Positions 25,011-38,905 of a stretch of DNA of 64,000 bases are shown here, piece after piece. Under the pieces are notes generated by a model. It was given only the letters and a program-made list of their open reading frames with translations. It ran no database searches and was not told the origin of the DNA. Origin of the DNA: Vicugna vicugna (Eukaryota); assembly GCA_013265495.1 (NCBI GenBank), contig MU058418.1, positions 2,258,917 through 2,322,916 on the forward strand, given 5' to 3'. A program made the position numbers and the translations under genes. Numbering within the stretch: position 1 is the stretch's first letter; every line of letters begins with the position of its first letter.

Positions 25011-25289
25011 ATGTAATGAGCATCCAGGCTGTGGAACCCCTACTCCACCAAATCGTCCACAGGAGTTCCCTGGGCAGCTGTCCAAGTACCTACCTGGCAG
25101 CACACCCGGCACTCCATCACAGACCAAGGTTAACAGAGACGAAACCACATGAGCCTTCTGAAAACTCAGGACAGGTCGTTATTTTTCTTTTTTGAAGGCT
25201 TATTGATCTTACTGAGCTCCTTCCGAAAGCCAGTTTTCTCTGATTCTTATTATTATTAAAGTGAAGGATAACTCTGAAAAGATGCAGGT

Positions 25290-25600
25290 TAAGTACTCTT
25301 CAAAAGTATCAGGGTCATCAGAGAAGGACAGTCTGCTGTCCCTGCCAAGAGGAACCTAAGAGGACATGATGACTAACTGTAATGTATTCTGGATGGGATC
25401 CTGGAACAGAAAGAGGACAGTAGGTTAAAAACTAAGTATGGCGTTTAGTTAATAATGTATCAATATCAGTTCATTAATTGTAAGAAATGTACCAGCCTAA
25501 TGCAAGACATCACTAATAGAGGAAATTGGGGTATGTATGGGGTATGTGGGAACTCTCTGTACAATAATTCTATAAATCTGAAGTTCTACAGTAAAAATTC
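25290..25600 (+). mobile_element. Old L1 (L1MB/MC-type) 3' UTR
   Basis: gacatgatgactaactgtaatg...ggatcctggaacagaaa...gggaactctctgtac. Confidence 0.75.
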
Positions 25601-26654
25601 TGTTAGGAAACAGATGGATACAGGAGATGTCACGATGTGATGTGACAGTGATAGTGCTCTGTATATCATCTGGAAAAAGTGAAAATATTCAATGGGCATG
25701 AGGAATATAAGGAGGTGTCATCACCTCTGTGTGGGAGATGAGGCATAGGACCATTACTGCAGCCCACTAGCCTGAGTTTTCAGGAGTGACAGGCCACTGA
25801 TGCTGCTGTTCCAGGAAATCTGAGGACAGAAGGGACAGATTGCTCCCAAAGGTCACTGCGGAAATGTCTGACAGATGACCAGCTGCCTCGAGGGAGACTC
25901 TGGGCCTGTGTACAGGCAGGGGGAAGGGATGACTCTGGGAGGAGGTGCCATTGTATTCGTTGCCCTTTGAGAACAGCTGTTACGTGCTTGGTGTGCAACC
26001 TGTCCTTTCTTGGCAGAACAGGCCCGGTGCTCTGCAGGGTAACCAGTCCCTGTTGGCTGTGGCTCAAAGCCAAGTGTGCTCTCATTAAACAGCCGAAATG
26101 TTCAAGTTATAGCCTACAAAACAGTGCAGCCAGATACTGTTGGCTGCTCCCCCAGTGTTTGTGATAATAGACACAGCTGAAACAGGAAAAACTGCATTTC
26201 TTTTTATACTAAGACAGATAATACATCCCACAAAATGGGAGGGAAATCATACAATGTATAAATTGCATCCTAAATTGGGAGCACTTTAGCTGTTTCAGGT
26301 CCCAAAATTATCCTATTTCACTTGTTTAAAACCAAAAGTCCTTTTAAAAACACCAGTGACCTTTTTATTCCGCAGTTCTCAGAGAGAATGGAGGAAGGGA
26401 TCATTCTTTCATACCAGGACCAATAAAAATAGTAACGGCTACGGCACGAACATTAAAAGTGCCACTGTTGTTACTCATATGCGAGTTTGTGGTAGACTAT
26501 CCCTTCGCCTTGTTGGGCAGAGGACACATATGTCTCCAGCTGATGCAAATATTCCCTTCCTGTTCGAGCTGTCCAGGAATGGGGTCCCCTGGGTGCCTGA
26601 GTGCTTGCTCCCGGGTCAAGCAAGAGAGCTGGAGCTGCTCTGCTCATTGGCTGG

Positions 26655-27480
26655 CTATGTGGGTCAGTTCGGTTGCAGGAAATACAATCCACTCTAGGTA
26701 GATTAAACAGAAAGTTATTTATTATAGGATTTTCAGTGGCTTTCAGAATCACTGAAGGGCTAAAGAGACAGACTACAGACCAAGCTTCCAGGAATGACTC
26801 CCCAAACCACAAATCATCAGAGTGGCTGCTATGTCTGCCATGATCAGGACGGTATCCCACCCAGCAGCTGCTGGCTGCAAAACCAGCCCCTCAGCTGTAA
26901 TCAGGAAGCTGCCGCTGCGGTGGCTGACTCAAGAGCTTGTTGCCTTTGCCACAGTCTGCCGAACAGATACCCTACACCTTGCTTCTTCCCATATGACTCA
27001 GTTCCAAATCAAAGCCTTTTTATAGACAAGTGGTGGGTAGAACCTAAATTACATTTTGAATCTGAAATGCAAGGGAGCCTGGATGTTATTTTTTGCTTTT
27101 CAGCCTCTGCACTCTAGAAGGAGAGTTCAGATGGATATTGAGGAATCTGATTTTTGTTACCTGTCACAGTCTGCCACCCTGGCTACCCAGTTATCCATGC
27201 ACTCTCCTCTTGCTGTAAGTACAACCCACTCCCTCACCCATAATTATTGCATCCCACTCAAAGTCCAGGATCTCTGGGTTTTGTGCAGCTCTGTTTATCA
27301 GGTCCAGATGAGGCTGCTTGTGATCTAGTAACCTACAAACGACAAGACTGCCTGTCTGCTCCCAATATACACTGGAGGCAAAGGAAAATTGAAACTCTCC
27401 AGAAAGGGAGAGAATGGGAAACTTACAACTGCCTTGTGTATTGGCAGTCATCAAATCACATTAAGCAAGATTGGTGAAAG
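26655..27480 (-). mobile_element. MLT1-type LTR plus adjacent MaLR internal fragment
   Basis: gtcagttcggttgcaggaaatacaatccactctagg; internal-like aaagtccaggatctctggg...ggtccagatgaggct. Confidence 0.55.
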
Positions 27481-27974
27481 CACCCTGCTCGCATGGTGGA
27501 GTCAGGTCCTGGGGTAGCCATCGGAAGGACTCTCTTTCCATTAAGCCCCATGACCCATCTCGAACTGGTATCTTAGCCATCTCCCATTAGCGGCAATAAA
27601 AGTATAGCTCACAGGAAAATTTAAAAAACGACAGCCTAACTCCACTTGTACTTCTTTCTGCTGCCATGAGGCAATGTCTGATTAGCCAGATGCATATGAA
27701 CCACAAGATTAAGGGCTCTATTACCGTCGCCCCACTTCCCTGGCATCTCTGCATCACTTAGATAGCCGTGTTCAGCTGTCTTTGAGGGGAGCAAGTCCTG
27801 ATGGAGTAGAAATGGGAGCAGAGAAGAGTTTCTCTGAGAAAAGCCCTGGGTAAGGAGAGGTGGTGTGGCAGTGCCTACCTCAGCAGCAAGGACAGGATGG
27901 CCATGTAGACAACAATGTGTCACATTTAGGGACCAACTTTGGGGATGGGTGAAAAATATACTTTAAAAATAGAC

Positions 27975-29075
27975 ATGCCTCATTGGTTCTGGGAAGAAGA
28001 CAGCAGCAACATAGTTTTTAAAGTCTCTTAATCCTCACATAAAAAAGAACAACTAGGTAGCAAAACCAATACACATAGGTAGCATTTACCTCAAAACCAT
28101 GTAAGTTATCCCCAAATCCCCAAATCCAAGCAGGTGGTGGAGGTAAACCACCAATGGCCATGAGACCCACATGGTATCAGCATCTACACAAGAGGGAGAA
28201 GTTGGAAAGGAGGCATCTGACAGACCTGAGAACAGGAGATGCCCAGAACAGCTAACAGGAATGCACTAGAAGTGACTGCGGGCCAACCCGAGCACAGCTC
28301 TCTTCCAAGACAGGGCACCCATCTGAGGAGAAATTGCTGGCGGGAGTCACAATTGAGCAGGACGGTGGCAGCAGACATGGGGGAAAGAGAAAATCCAGAT
28401 AAAAGTGGGAAAAGGGAAAAGCTACAGGAAATCTCAGAAAGCAAGCTGCCATGGTTTTAAAACACTTCGCGGGGACAACCAGAGAGTTTTGTCAAGTTAG
28501 TCAAATTTTGTTAAACTACAGTTCGTTCTAAAGGTTCAGGGAAACCAATTTTACATCATGAGGAACAGAAAACTGCCAAGGTTCAATCCCATATAAAATT
28601 ATTGGAAAAACATCCCTACAATGAAAGCATGCCAGAAACACAACTCAGCAAAGGAAGTCAAAACTGAAACATACTAGTTCAAAATGAGCTTAAAATGCAA
28701 AGCTTTAAAATTCAAAAAATAAGTGAAGACACAAAAGTATTTAAGAGAGAGTGTCTAATATTGGCAATAGGCAAAGAAGATTTAACATGGTTAATAAGAG
28801 TCTTGAAGAAAAATGAAACGAGGAAACAAAAAGATACCAAAGACAGTAAGGCCAAAAAAAAAAAAAAACCCCAAAACTTTTCTGAGATTTAAAACTACAT
28901 ATTGAAAGAATACCCCACATTCCTGAGAACGATGACCCAAAATAATACAACGCAGTAAGTTAACTGGACTTTGAAGGAAAAACATCCTTTAGACATCTAA
29001 ACAAAAAGAGAAAGTGACTCTCAGGGGAAAGAAAATATTCTCAGACTTTTTGGATGCGACACTATGTTGGGGGGG
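27975..29075 (+). mobile_element. Ancient L1M/HAL1-type 5' end and ORF1 remnant
   Basis: Decayed ORF1 RRM/CTD: LKLHIERIPHIPENDDPK, then ctggactttgaagg...cagggg aaagaaaat...tcagacttt. Confidence 0.6.
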
Positions 29076-29086
29076 AAAATGGAATA

Positions 29087-29250
29087 CAGATGGTCCCGAA
29101 CTTACAGTGGTTCAAGTTATGATTTTTTTACTTTACTGTGATGTGAAAGCAATATGCATTCAATAGAAACGATACTTTAAATTTTGAATTTTGATCTTTT
29201 CCTGGGCTGGTGATGTACAGTATCATATTCTCCTGTGATGCTGGCTCCCA
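29087..29250 (+). mobile_element. Tigger-derived MITE (MER47B-like), partial
   Basis: ta-cagatggtcccgaacttacagtggttc...aattttgaattttgatcttt. Confidence 0.7.
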
Positions 29251-29259
29251 CCAGACAAA

Positions 29260-30125
29260 GGTAGGACAATGTATAAGAATGATAATTGCAGTGGAATGGG
29301 ACTCATCAAATATGTTTAAATCCATGAGCATATGATGATTTTTGTTTAAAATCTGGTCACTTTAGAAGGATAATAGGGAACCATCTCATTATCTGGAAAA
29401 CTGGCAAATAGAGGGAAGGAATCAAGCCTATGACTGAATCACATGGGTTGTACCACTGGCTAACCAAATAAGAGATGAGGGGAAAAAACTTTTTAAAAAA
29501 GTATGACAACCAAGAAATGGTAAAGAATTATTTGGCAGCCCCCAGTGAATTAATGGATCTAGGCACTGCATGTCAATGGCGGTTGAAATCAAAAAAGGAG
29601 AAATAGCTCTAGACACTTCGGTCCTCCTGAAGAAACCACACACCACCTGTAGTCTTGTCACAGCAACTGAAGCAGAATCTTACCAAGCCCCTGGATCCAA
29701 TTGCTGGCTTGCAGGAAATACCAAGGACCGAGGAACACTTTTGAACTGCATCATGAATATGCAGTCAGCAAAATCCAGACCAAGAGAGACTCTACAACCT
29801 GGTTTCTTCAGCAGATACATTGTAAGGAAAAGAACGGAGGGAGAATCTGTAGATTAAAAGGCATATCACACTTTCGGAAGTATAGACTAGGGATGCACAT
29901 TTGAATGAAAAAACAATTTTTAAGTGCAAAGAAGTGATTACTATAGAAATCAGGTTGATGGCTACTTATGAGGGGGAGGGGGATCCTGGGGGAGATGGAG
30001 CATGTAGAAGGGGTTTCTGCATTGGCTGCCAGAATTTCTGTTTCTTGACCCAGTTTGTGTTCACCTTCTAATAATTCCATATATTTATTTTGCGTGGTTT
30101 TCTGTTTTGTTTTACAGTAAAAAGG
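29260..30125 (+). mobile_element. Old L1MC/ME 3' UTR fragments
   Basis: ggataatagggaaccatctcattatctggaaaactggcaaat; tttctgtttcttgaccc. Confidence 0.6.
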
Positions 30126-30499
30126 TGAAAAGCACTGATAGGTTTAAAGGACAGTAGTTTTTCCATGACAAACACTGGATAAGCATTGTTAGTTTTTTTG
30201 TTTTTAACTTACATGTATGGCAGTGTCATAATGGCATTTTAACCAAAACATTAACAAGCTTGTAACAGCCTCTAAGGTGTGTATGTATAACAGTATAAAA
30301 TGGAAAGTCACATTTTAAAAGCAAGATGTTCCAGCTCAAAGAAATGGTAAATATTACAGTACATTGTGTAGATTCATTGGCTTCATTACCCCAAATGCTC
30401 ATTATACTTTTGTTCCAGTGTCTGCACAATAGAATGGACATGGTGAAAGTGAGGCCACATGGACTCATGTGAAGTACATCACTTTGTAGGAAGTATTGA

Positions 30500-30722
30500 A
30501 ATATATATATAATATATACAATATACATTTTCATATATAACATATATTTCACATATAATTTTTCATGTGTTTTGTATGTAATATGTATATTTCACAGATA
30601 TTACATATGGCCCTTTCCTCCATTTAAAAACATGTGCATATATTAGTATATGTAAGTATAAATAAGTTACATAAAACATTATATCTGTATATGTAGCATA
30701 TGTGTGTACACATACATATACT
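30500..30722. repeat. TA-rich low-complexity tract
   Basis: Degenerate (TA/CA)n. Confidence 0.7.
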
Positions 30723-32189
30723 TTTTTTCACCTAGTGGATCTGCTGGAAAATGAGTCTTCAAAAGATAGTTTAGCAGCGTTAGACATTCAAATGCATGAA
30801 TTTCTTTGAGCTATATTAAGGTCATTATGTCCTTTGGTCCAAAAATAACTTTTCTCTGTGTTGATGTGACTTAGACTTATGCATAAAATCCTAACTCGTG
30901 AAACCACAGCATCTTTCTGGCTGGCCTGTCACTGACATGGCTCCTTGACACGTTGAAGGCAGGTAAGAGTTTGAGAAACACACACAAGAGTTTTGCTGTC
31001 CTCATGCTCTCTCCATAGCCAAACGACACCTGGCCCTCTCCTATCAAAATCTATAAAGACCTAGTCTGCTGTAAGGAGTGGAGATTCCTTACTGCTGAGC
31101 CTTGGCAGGGCCTGCTATACAGACAGGGCTGCCAGCATCTCTGGTCCGCAGGGTTGCACATTTTATATTCCATCATCACATATTTTTCAGTTCCTTCTCA
31201 TCACCCTTTTTGCTCCTTCTGATGGTGGGTTGTTTAGGGACTGGCATTATTATCATTTTTGCTTCAATGCATTTTATCCTGCCTCAGAAATTTCTAACCT
31301 CCCTTCCAGTGCCTCTGCTGGAGGACAGTCCTATCATCACATTGTAATAGCAGCTGTTAAAAGGATTTGGAATTTGGATTTGAAGAAATCAGATTTGTCT
31401 GCTATTCTTTGTCATGTTCATTAGCTCTCAATGGCATAACAAGATTGAAAATTCAATTGGACTTTGGGAAAATCATGCATTAGGTTCATAGCATTTTGTG
31501 TGTATAATACAGACTTGCTGTCTTTTAGCAGGAATAAATTTATTTTTACCTTGATGAGTTTAGAATGTCATCAGCAGCTAATAACATGGTTTTGTTTCCT
31601 ATTACATGGTTAAGAGCATGCGCCTCTCAAACCTGCCACCTTTACCCTGTGAGCTCATAGATGTCTTCTCACGGACACAAGAAAGTGCCCTTGGGTGAGT
31701 AGGTAGCAAATAAAACTGCTCACCCGTATCTCCAACACTGAAACTGACTTGACAGGCTGTATAAAAGCGAATTACATACACAGAGCCTGATTTCTTGGAT
31801 CCCAGGATGTAGGGACATGTTTTGCCTTTTGTTGTTTTCTTAGAGGTGCCTTGAAGATTGATACACTCCTCTTGATGTCAGCCCATTTAGTGAATTTGTT
31901 AATCTCTCTGACTCACTGTCTTCTCACCTCTAAAGGGGGATTAGAAAGCACTGCTCCTGCCTCACCCTGGTTTTTTGAGCTGCTTTGATAGCTTTGCCCC
32001 CACTCCCAGAAGGCACCTCAGCTTCCCCTCAGTGCCCTTGTCCACCTTATGGGTTAGCTGAGGAAAGGAATTTAAAAGCTGGGCTTCTGTTGGGAAATCC
32101 TACCTCCCTATCGTCCAGGGTGATCCAAATCACACTACACTCAGGCTCTGAATTTAGAAATCCAAGGTAAAAGCATCCTCCTTAACCAG

Positions 32190-32350
32190 ACGTCATTCAT
32201 TCATTCAGTGAATAATTACTGAGCGCTGACTATATGCCAGGTACTCTTCTGGGCACTGGGGATAAAGAGGTAATGGAGATGAATGTCACATCCCAATAAG
32301 CATATAAACAGATAGATAAAAGACCCGATAGTGTTAAGTGGTTTGCAGAG
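32190..32350 (-). mobile_element. L2 3' end
   Basis: tcattcattcattc...ttactgagcgctgactatatgccagg. Confidence 0.7.
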
Positions 32351-32429
32351 CCATATTAGAGTAATGGGTTTAGAAAGACACAGATACTCAGTTTCTGAGG
32401 GAAAAAGTAACAGGAAAGAGGTTCTAGAA

Positions 32430-32642
32430 CAGTCTGTCCAACTGAACTTTCTGTGATGATGGAAGCAATCTGCACCGCACTGCCCAGTACAGTATCCATT
32501 AGCAGCATGTATTTCTCAGGAACTCGAAGTGTGGCTAATGCTACTGAGGAACTCATTTTAAATTTTGTTTAATTTTAATTAATTTAAATATAAATTTAAA
32601 TTGCCACATGCAGCTAATGGCTACCGTTTTGGACAAGCGCAG
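32430..32642. mobile_element. MER3-like hAT MITE
   Basis: ctgtccaactgaactttctgtgatgatgga...gccacatgcagctaatggctaccgttttggaca. Confidence 0.8.
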
Positions 32643-34049
32643 TTTGAGAGCTGCTTTCTGGACTTCAGTGTCTATCCTTGTGCACAGAAGATGAGTAATA
32701 TGCAGCATTATCTTGAGTTTTAAACACAAAGAAGCAAACACAGTCTCACTGTATTATCTTGGTAGAACAGACTCGTGACTAATCCTCAGTGTATGAGTAC
32801 TTTGATGGAAAGATACAAGCAACCTAATAAGGGGACTAAAGAGCAGCAATGGACGGTCACCAAAAAATGTTAGAATGGCATCCACAAACTGAGGGCTAAA
32901 GGCTCTGCACAATGTCAAAAGCTAGAACGAGAAAATCATCACACGGCAACGTGTTTTGTAGTGCCCCGCCCCCGCCAGTTAGGTGATAGGAGCTCTTATT
33001 TCCTGATAGAAATTACAAAGCTAGCAGAAGACACAGTCATCTTCAGGGCCAGTGCTATGAAGACATCTGCTGAGGTTTTGCCCCACCGAGACCAGAGCCT
33101 CTGATCAGTTTTGATCCTGCACTAGTTACTTTTCTACCAGAAAGCAGAGAAAAGTAATGAGGGAAGTGACCCCACGTTGACCATCATCTGCAGGTGAGGC
33201 TGCTGGTCAAGGTCTTCCAGATGGGCCCCTTCAGCTGTAATATCCTTTTGATTCTGTCACTCAGTCGTGAACCAACAGAATCATTTAGTGATTTGAAAAC
33301 AGCAACCTTGGGGAGAAAACTTGGAGTTCGTGGTAGCAACAGAAGGGATCACTGAGAAGAGAAATGCATCCGGGGACTAGAATCATTACTAAATTTTCTG
33401 GAAATGCCCAGTGGGGTTTGATGTGTGCCAAAACGCTCATCATAGGAAAAGTGTATAATTTTAACATACAGAGAAGTATCACATGTAAAATTACTGAAAC
33501 TATACAAATATTGTCTAGTTGTTCTGTCAGCAACCACAAATCATCATGACATTACTAAGTTCAGAAGACATTTCAGTCTGGTCAATTAAATATTCTCTTG
33601 TCAAAGCTGCATATGCTTATTGGGTACTCACTATGTGTTAAGTCATGACTCAAACATTAGTCATGCATCCAAGTGTGAGATACCCTTATTATAGGACATG
33701 GTCATATTATAACCAAACCAGTAACACCACAGTTAAGAAAGAGCATAAAAGGGCACCAACAGGATCTTCTTTAAAAGCATGTGGTGTGTCTGATGAATTT
33801 CTGCTTGAAATGTTGGTTTCTCTTCCATGCATGGGAACTGCAGGTCAGGCTAAGTGCCATCAGCCCTCAGTGTTCAGACACACCAAGCAACACAGGTTAA
33901 ACAGTCCACAAATGAACTGGCAGATATTCTAAATAAGACTGCAGCATTCCTTGAGGGGAAATACAGAGACCTCCTTGAAGATTGAACTAGGTTTTGTGGG
34001 TAAAAAGAAACGAGCCTGCAATTTTGTAACTATAATATTTTATCTCCAT

Positions 34050-35195
34050 GAGATAATAACCTAAAACTTCCCCAACTTGGGAAAGGAAATAGTCACCCAA
34101 GTCCAGGAAGCAGAGAGTTCCACACAGGATCAACCCAAAGAGGAGCACAGCAAGACACATAGTAATCAAGTTGACAAAAACTAAGGATAAGGAGAAAATA
34201 TTAAAATTAGCAAGAAAAAACAAACAACAGATAACATACAAAGGAACTCCCATAAGGTTATCAGCTGATTTTTTTCAGCAGAAACTCTACAGGCCAGAAA
34301 GGAGGGGCACGCTATATTTAAAGTGATGAAAGGGAAAAATTTACAACCAAGAATACTCTATCCAGCAAGGCTCTCATTCAGATTTGATAAGAGAAATCAA
34401 AAGCTTGACAACAAAAGCTAAAAGAATTCAGTCCCACCAAACCAGCTTTACAACAAACTTTAAAGGAACTTCTCTAGTCATCAAACCATGAGAAAAGAGA
34501 ACAAAAAGAAAAAACAAGAGGGAAAAAAAAAGGATCTACAAAAAGATTGCTTTGGCAGTTTGGGGTCTTTTATAGTCCCATATAAATTCTGGGATTGTTT
34601 GTTCTTGTTCTGTGAAGAACGTCACGAGTACTTTGACAGGGGTGCATTGGATCTGTAGACTGCTTTGGTAGTACAGCCATTTTGATAATGTTGATTCTTC
34701 CAATCCAAGAGCACAAGATATCTTTCCATTTCTTTGCATCATCTTCGATTTCCTTCATTAATGTTTTAGTTTTCAGAGTATAGGTAACCTTTTTGTTTAA
34801 ATTTATTTCTAGATATTTTGTTGTTTTTGATGATATGGAAATGTTTATGCCAGTTATAAAATTCTGGTTTTTGAAGTGTAAAGAAAAAAAAAGTGAATGA
34901 AGGGCCACAAATGGCAAAATACCTTTCTTTCTTATGGGCGAGTTGTATTCCATTACATACATATGCTGCATCTTCTTTATCCATTCATCTATTAATGTGC
35001 ACTTAGGATGCTTCCATATCTTGGCAATTATAAAGAATAGCAGGGTGTATGTATCTTCTTGAATTAATTCTTACTTTGTGGTTGGCTATATTCCTTTGAT
35101 AACTATGTAAGTTTATAAACCTAAAGCTCTAAACGTTCTTAGAAACAATGAACAGTACATGTATGTAAATTTTTTAAAAATATATGCAGTAAAAA
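34050..35195 (+). mobile_element. 5'-truncated second copy of the HAL1-like element
   Basis: ORF1 3' half, spacer, and the same antisense ORF2 pieces and linker as 20507-21490; candidate TSD aatattttatctcca (34034-34048) / aatatttttattcca (35196-35210). Confidence 0.88.
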
Positions 35196-35824
35196 AATAT
35201 TTTTATTCCAAAAAGACTACTAACATTTGAGTTAAGGGCAGTAAGTCTTATCCCTTTGAAGACTGTGGGGAGAAGCTGAAAACAAAATTTCTGTTTATGG
35301 CCAGAAAAGCAATGTGGAATCATTTTCTTCCCCACCATGGAAGTGGAGTAATAAGCCAGCTTTCTCTACTGGAATGAATAAAAGAACATAGTTTCACAAT
35401 TTCCACATCATTTAGTGTTTAAACACTGGTCTTTTCATCCAGGAACAGATGCCATCTAAGCTGATAAAAAGACCATTCCATGTAGTGTTGGAAGTATTAT
35501 GGGGCTTACGTCCGTCTCTTCCCAGTGCTCTCAGAGACAAGGGGCCCACCAGCAGCCCCTTGTGAGTCTCAGATGTTTTTGTGTTTCTTCCTCACCTTGG
35601 AAATGCATAAGCCAATGGGGAAATCAGAGTGTCTCCTCCTTAGGAAATGTAACATTGCTTCTCATCTCCTTACCGTAAAGTGTTAAATGACGCCTTCTCC
35701 ACATACGGTTAGTTCTAGTACATCACTTAAGAAGAAAGTTCATACTCAGAAATGTTCAGTGCTGTCCACTGACCACAAATAAGATTTTATTTAGCATTTT
35801 AGGTACAGTCTGGTTTCCTTAGAC

Positions 35825-36011
35825 CAAAGATTCTCAAACTTTAGCAAGTAGCAAAATCACCTGGAGGGCCCGTTAAAAAACCTTGGCAGGGCCTCATCTC
35901 GAGTTTCTAATGCAGCAGGTCTGTGAAAAGGGCCAGAGAATTTATATTTCTAACACGTTCCCAGGCGATGCAAATGTGGCTGGTCTGGGCACCACGTTTA
36001 CAGAACCACTG
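35825..36011. mobile_element. MER5A hAT MITE
   Basis: ttctcaaactttagc...aatcacctggaggg...tttctaac...gaaccactg. Confidence 0.85.
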
Positions 36012-38154
36012 CCATGAGACCACGAGTTGCTCACTGTGACTGGCTTCTTGATATCCGAGTACAATGAGGAGGCAAAGGTTTCTTTGTGAAATCCCTTCTT
36101 CCTCCTCCTGTTTCTGATTGTGCCAACAGTACTGGGTGTGTCTTAACCGTCTTTCACCCCAAACCAGTAATAAACATTTTAACATTACAATTTTGTTGTT
36201 TGATACAGACTTTAGTCTGAATGAAAAGGACGAAGGACTAAAGGGATGGTTGATGCCTTTTCTAACTCCCTGCGTTGTTTTGAAACCACAGTGAGGTGGC
36301 GTTGAAGCCCTAAGCCCACCTGCCACTCAGGCTGATACCAGTTAAGGCTGATGCTTGACATTTGCTGTTTACAGTGTTTAGTAATGGTTTTTCACTACTC
36401 CTTGGGGCAGTGAAGCAGATGAGTAGGACTTCTGATTGACTTACTGATAAGAAACCCAAAGCCCCGGGGGGAAGTGACTGGTGTGTGCCCCTTCTTGAGT
36501 CCTGGCCCTCCCTCACTGGACACTTGCTGGCCCTGCTGCTGCTCCCCTCACAACCAGCCCACTCGTGTGTTGAGCTGAGCCTCTGAAGGATACAGCAGTG
36601 ACTCGGTGACTCGGATTCTCTTTTTCTCAGCTGTACTGTTTAGTTCCCAGACAGTATCTTCCTCCATCTGTGGACTGTCTGATGTGATGCCTGCTGGAGA
36701 GCTCTTGGTTAATGCACACAGGGGTCCAGGCAAAGGTCCGGCTTCCAAGCACAGAAACCATTAGTCCCACTTTTAAGCTGACTTTAAATGGCTCATCTGT
36801 AAAATGAAGGGTATAGAAACTAGACATGTGTAGACAGGGTGGTTCAGGAGGAGCTGTTGTGACTGGTGCTTTGATGACAATCTCTAAAAACACTAGTGGA
36901 ACCTCCTTTTTAGGGGTTCAGGTTAAAATGGTTTAACCCTGAATATTATCAACCATTAAAGAATTCTAGCAGCTCACTTTGATTTATGTAAATGACTGCA
37001 GAGTGGCTATGTTTTTGTGAGGGAAAATTGAGAAGAGTTCATATTTTAATCACCCAACTATTCATCATTATAATGTGTTAACCACAGACATAAGAATAAC
37101 TTGTGTGTTTTGAAGAGAAGCACTGCTGCCAGGCTGGCGCACAAGTTGAGGTTCAGACAGCTCAGGGTTCTTTCACCGGAGTCTCTAATTTTTTTTCCTC
37201 TTAGAGTAAATCACTGTATCCTTTGGTTTTTACTTACTTAAATAAGGGTACATTATAAGATTATGTGCAGTTATTAGATTTCATAAATCATTAACCAAAT
37301 TTGAATTTAAATATATTACCCTGAGGTCAAAACAGTTGAGGTTGACTTCTGGAAAGAATATTCCACCTCCAATTGTATTTTATTTTAATACAATTTAAAG
37401 TAGAATCTCTAGCCAAGACAGGATGTGTTAGTGTTCTAGATCAAGGCAAAGTACAGTGAGCTACCTTGACTGTTTTCTAGAAGAGTAAGAAAGTCCAGTC
37501 CTATGAGGATGGAGGGTATTGCTGTACAACTCCCGTCTCCCTTTGTGGCCACTCACTGCACCTCCTAGTGTCCCACAAAATGTTGACACTGCAAGTACAG
37601 ACCTAGCTGGGCCCAAGGTTCACTTCTGCTTCTGACTGCAGGGAATCTCCCCCAGCTCACCGAACAGCCAGGCATCCAGCACGCCTCTCTGTTCCTCTGG
37701 TCTGTATGTGAGCAAGGTCCCAGCCAAACAGAACACGCTCTCCAGATCTCTTCTCTGTGTTATCTTGCTGCCCTGATGTGGAGACCCCACCCGTCCCCCG
37801 CAGGTGCAGCCTGGGCTAAGCAGTGGGGTGTGCTCCGCAGTAGTGAACTTATTTACCCCGCAGCCCCTCACCAGGCCTCGCTTACCATCCTCGTCTACCA
37901 GCGGCCTCTTCTCAACCTTCCACACACACTCACTCTGCAGCACACCTGACTTGATGGTTGACTTATTCCTGGGGGGCCTGCCCCCAGCCAAGGATGTAAT
38001 AATTAGCAGGTGCTCACACTGCTAGGCGTTGAGGGTTGTCAGGCACCCAGCTACATCTTGTCAAGGCCTTTTTTTTGGAGACAGCACCTTCCCCCAACAG
38101 TGGATGAAAATTTTAAGCACTATAGTAGGCTCAGTGGGGCCGCAACAGAGGGAT

Positions 38155-38385
38155 ATTTTTTAAATTAATTTATTTTTATTGAAATATAGTCAATTTACAA
38201 TGTTTTGCTAATTTCTGGTGTGCAGCATAGTGATTCAGTTATACATATATATTCCTTTCCATTCTGTTTTTCATTATAGGTCATTACACGGTATTGAATA
38301 GTTGCCCATGCTATACAGTAGGACCTTGCTGTTTACCTATTTTATGTATATAGTAGTATCTATAAATCTCAAACTCCTGATTAAT
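38155..38385 (-). mobile_element. Short L1 3' UTR insertion (camelid type)
   Basis: tttttattgaaatatagtcaatttacaatg...cagcatagtgattcagtt; same 3' end as the other L1 copies in the window. Confidence 0.88.
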
Positions 38386-38461
38386 AAATTGGGATAAATT
38401 GGGATTTTTGGAATAGAGAGGTGCTTTTCAGATCACCCCAGAAAGGAAGGAAGCTGCGTAT

Positions 38462-38761
38462 TACAGATTTACAATCCCTTGTCCAAAGAGCCTGAGGCGA
38501 GATATGTTTCAGAATTCAGAATTATGGGGGTGGTAGCATACACCTTATAAGAACATTAAGAACATCCCCAGCATGGTCTGAGGCCATCCGATAATTAAAC
38601 GCAGTAATATTCACATTAAGTGGTATGTTTATTGTCAGTATGTTTTACTACCAAATGTACCAAATGAATTTCACTTGGATCAGATTTTGCCAACAAAGTA
38701 CCATCTTATTACTAAAGCTTTTAGGTTTTCAGAATTGCATATAAGGAATTATGCACTGGTA
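38462..38761. mobile_element. MER46C-like Tigger MITE
   Basis: tacagatttacaatccctt...ttcagaattcagaa...ataaggaattatgcactggta. Confidence 0.7.
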
Positions 38762-38774
38762 ATTGTTACCAATA

Positions 38775-38905
38775 GTTCATTTTTACTAAGTACTTACAGT
38801 GTGCCAGGGACTATGCTAAGGGAGCATTTTATATATATAAACTCATTTACTCCTGCCAACAACGTGTGAGGTAGGAATTATTAGTATCTCCTACTTCACT
38901 GATTC
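38775..38905 (-). mobile_element. MIR fragment
   Basis: tacttacagtgtgccagg...ctcatttactcct...gtgaggtagg. Confidence 0.7.
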
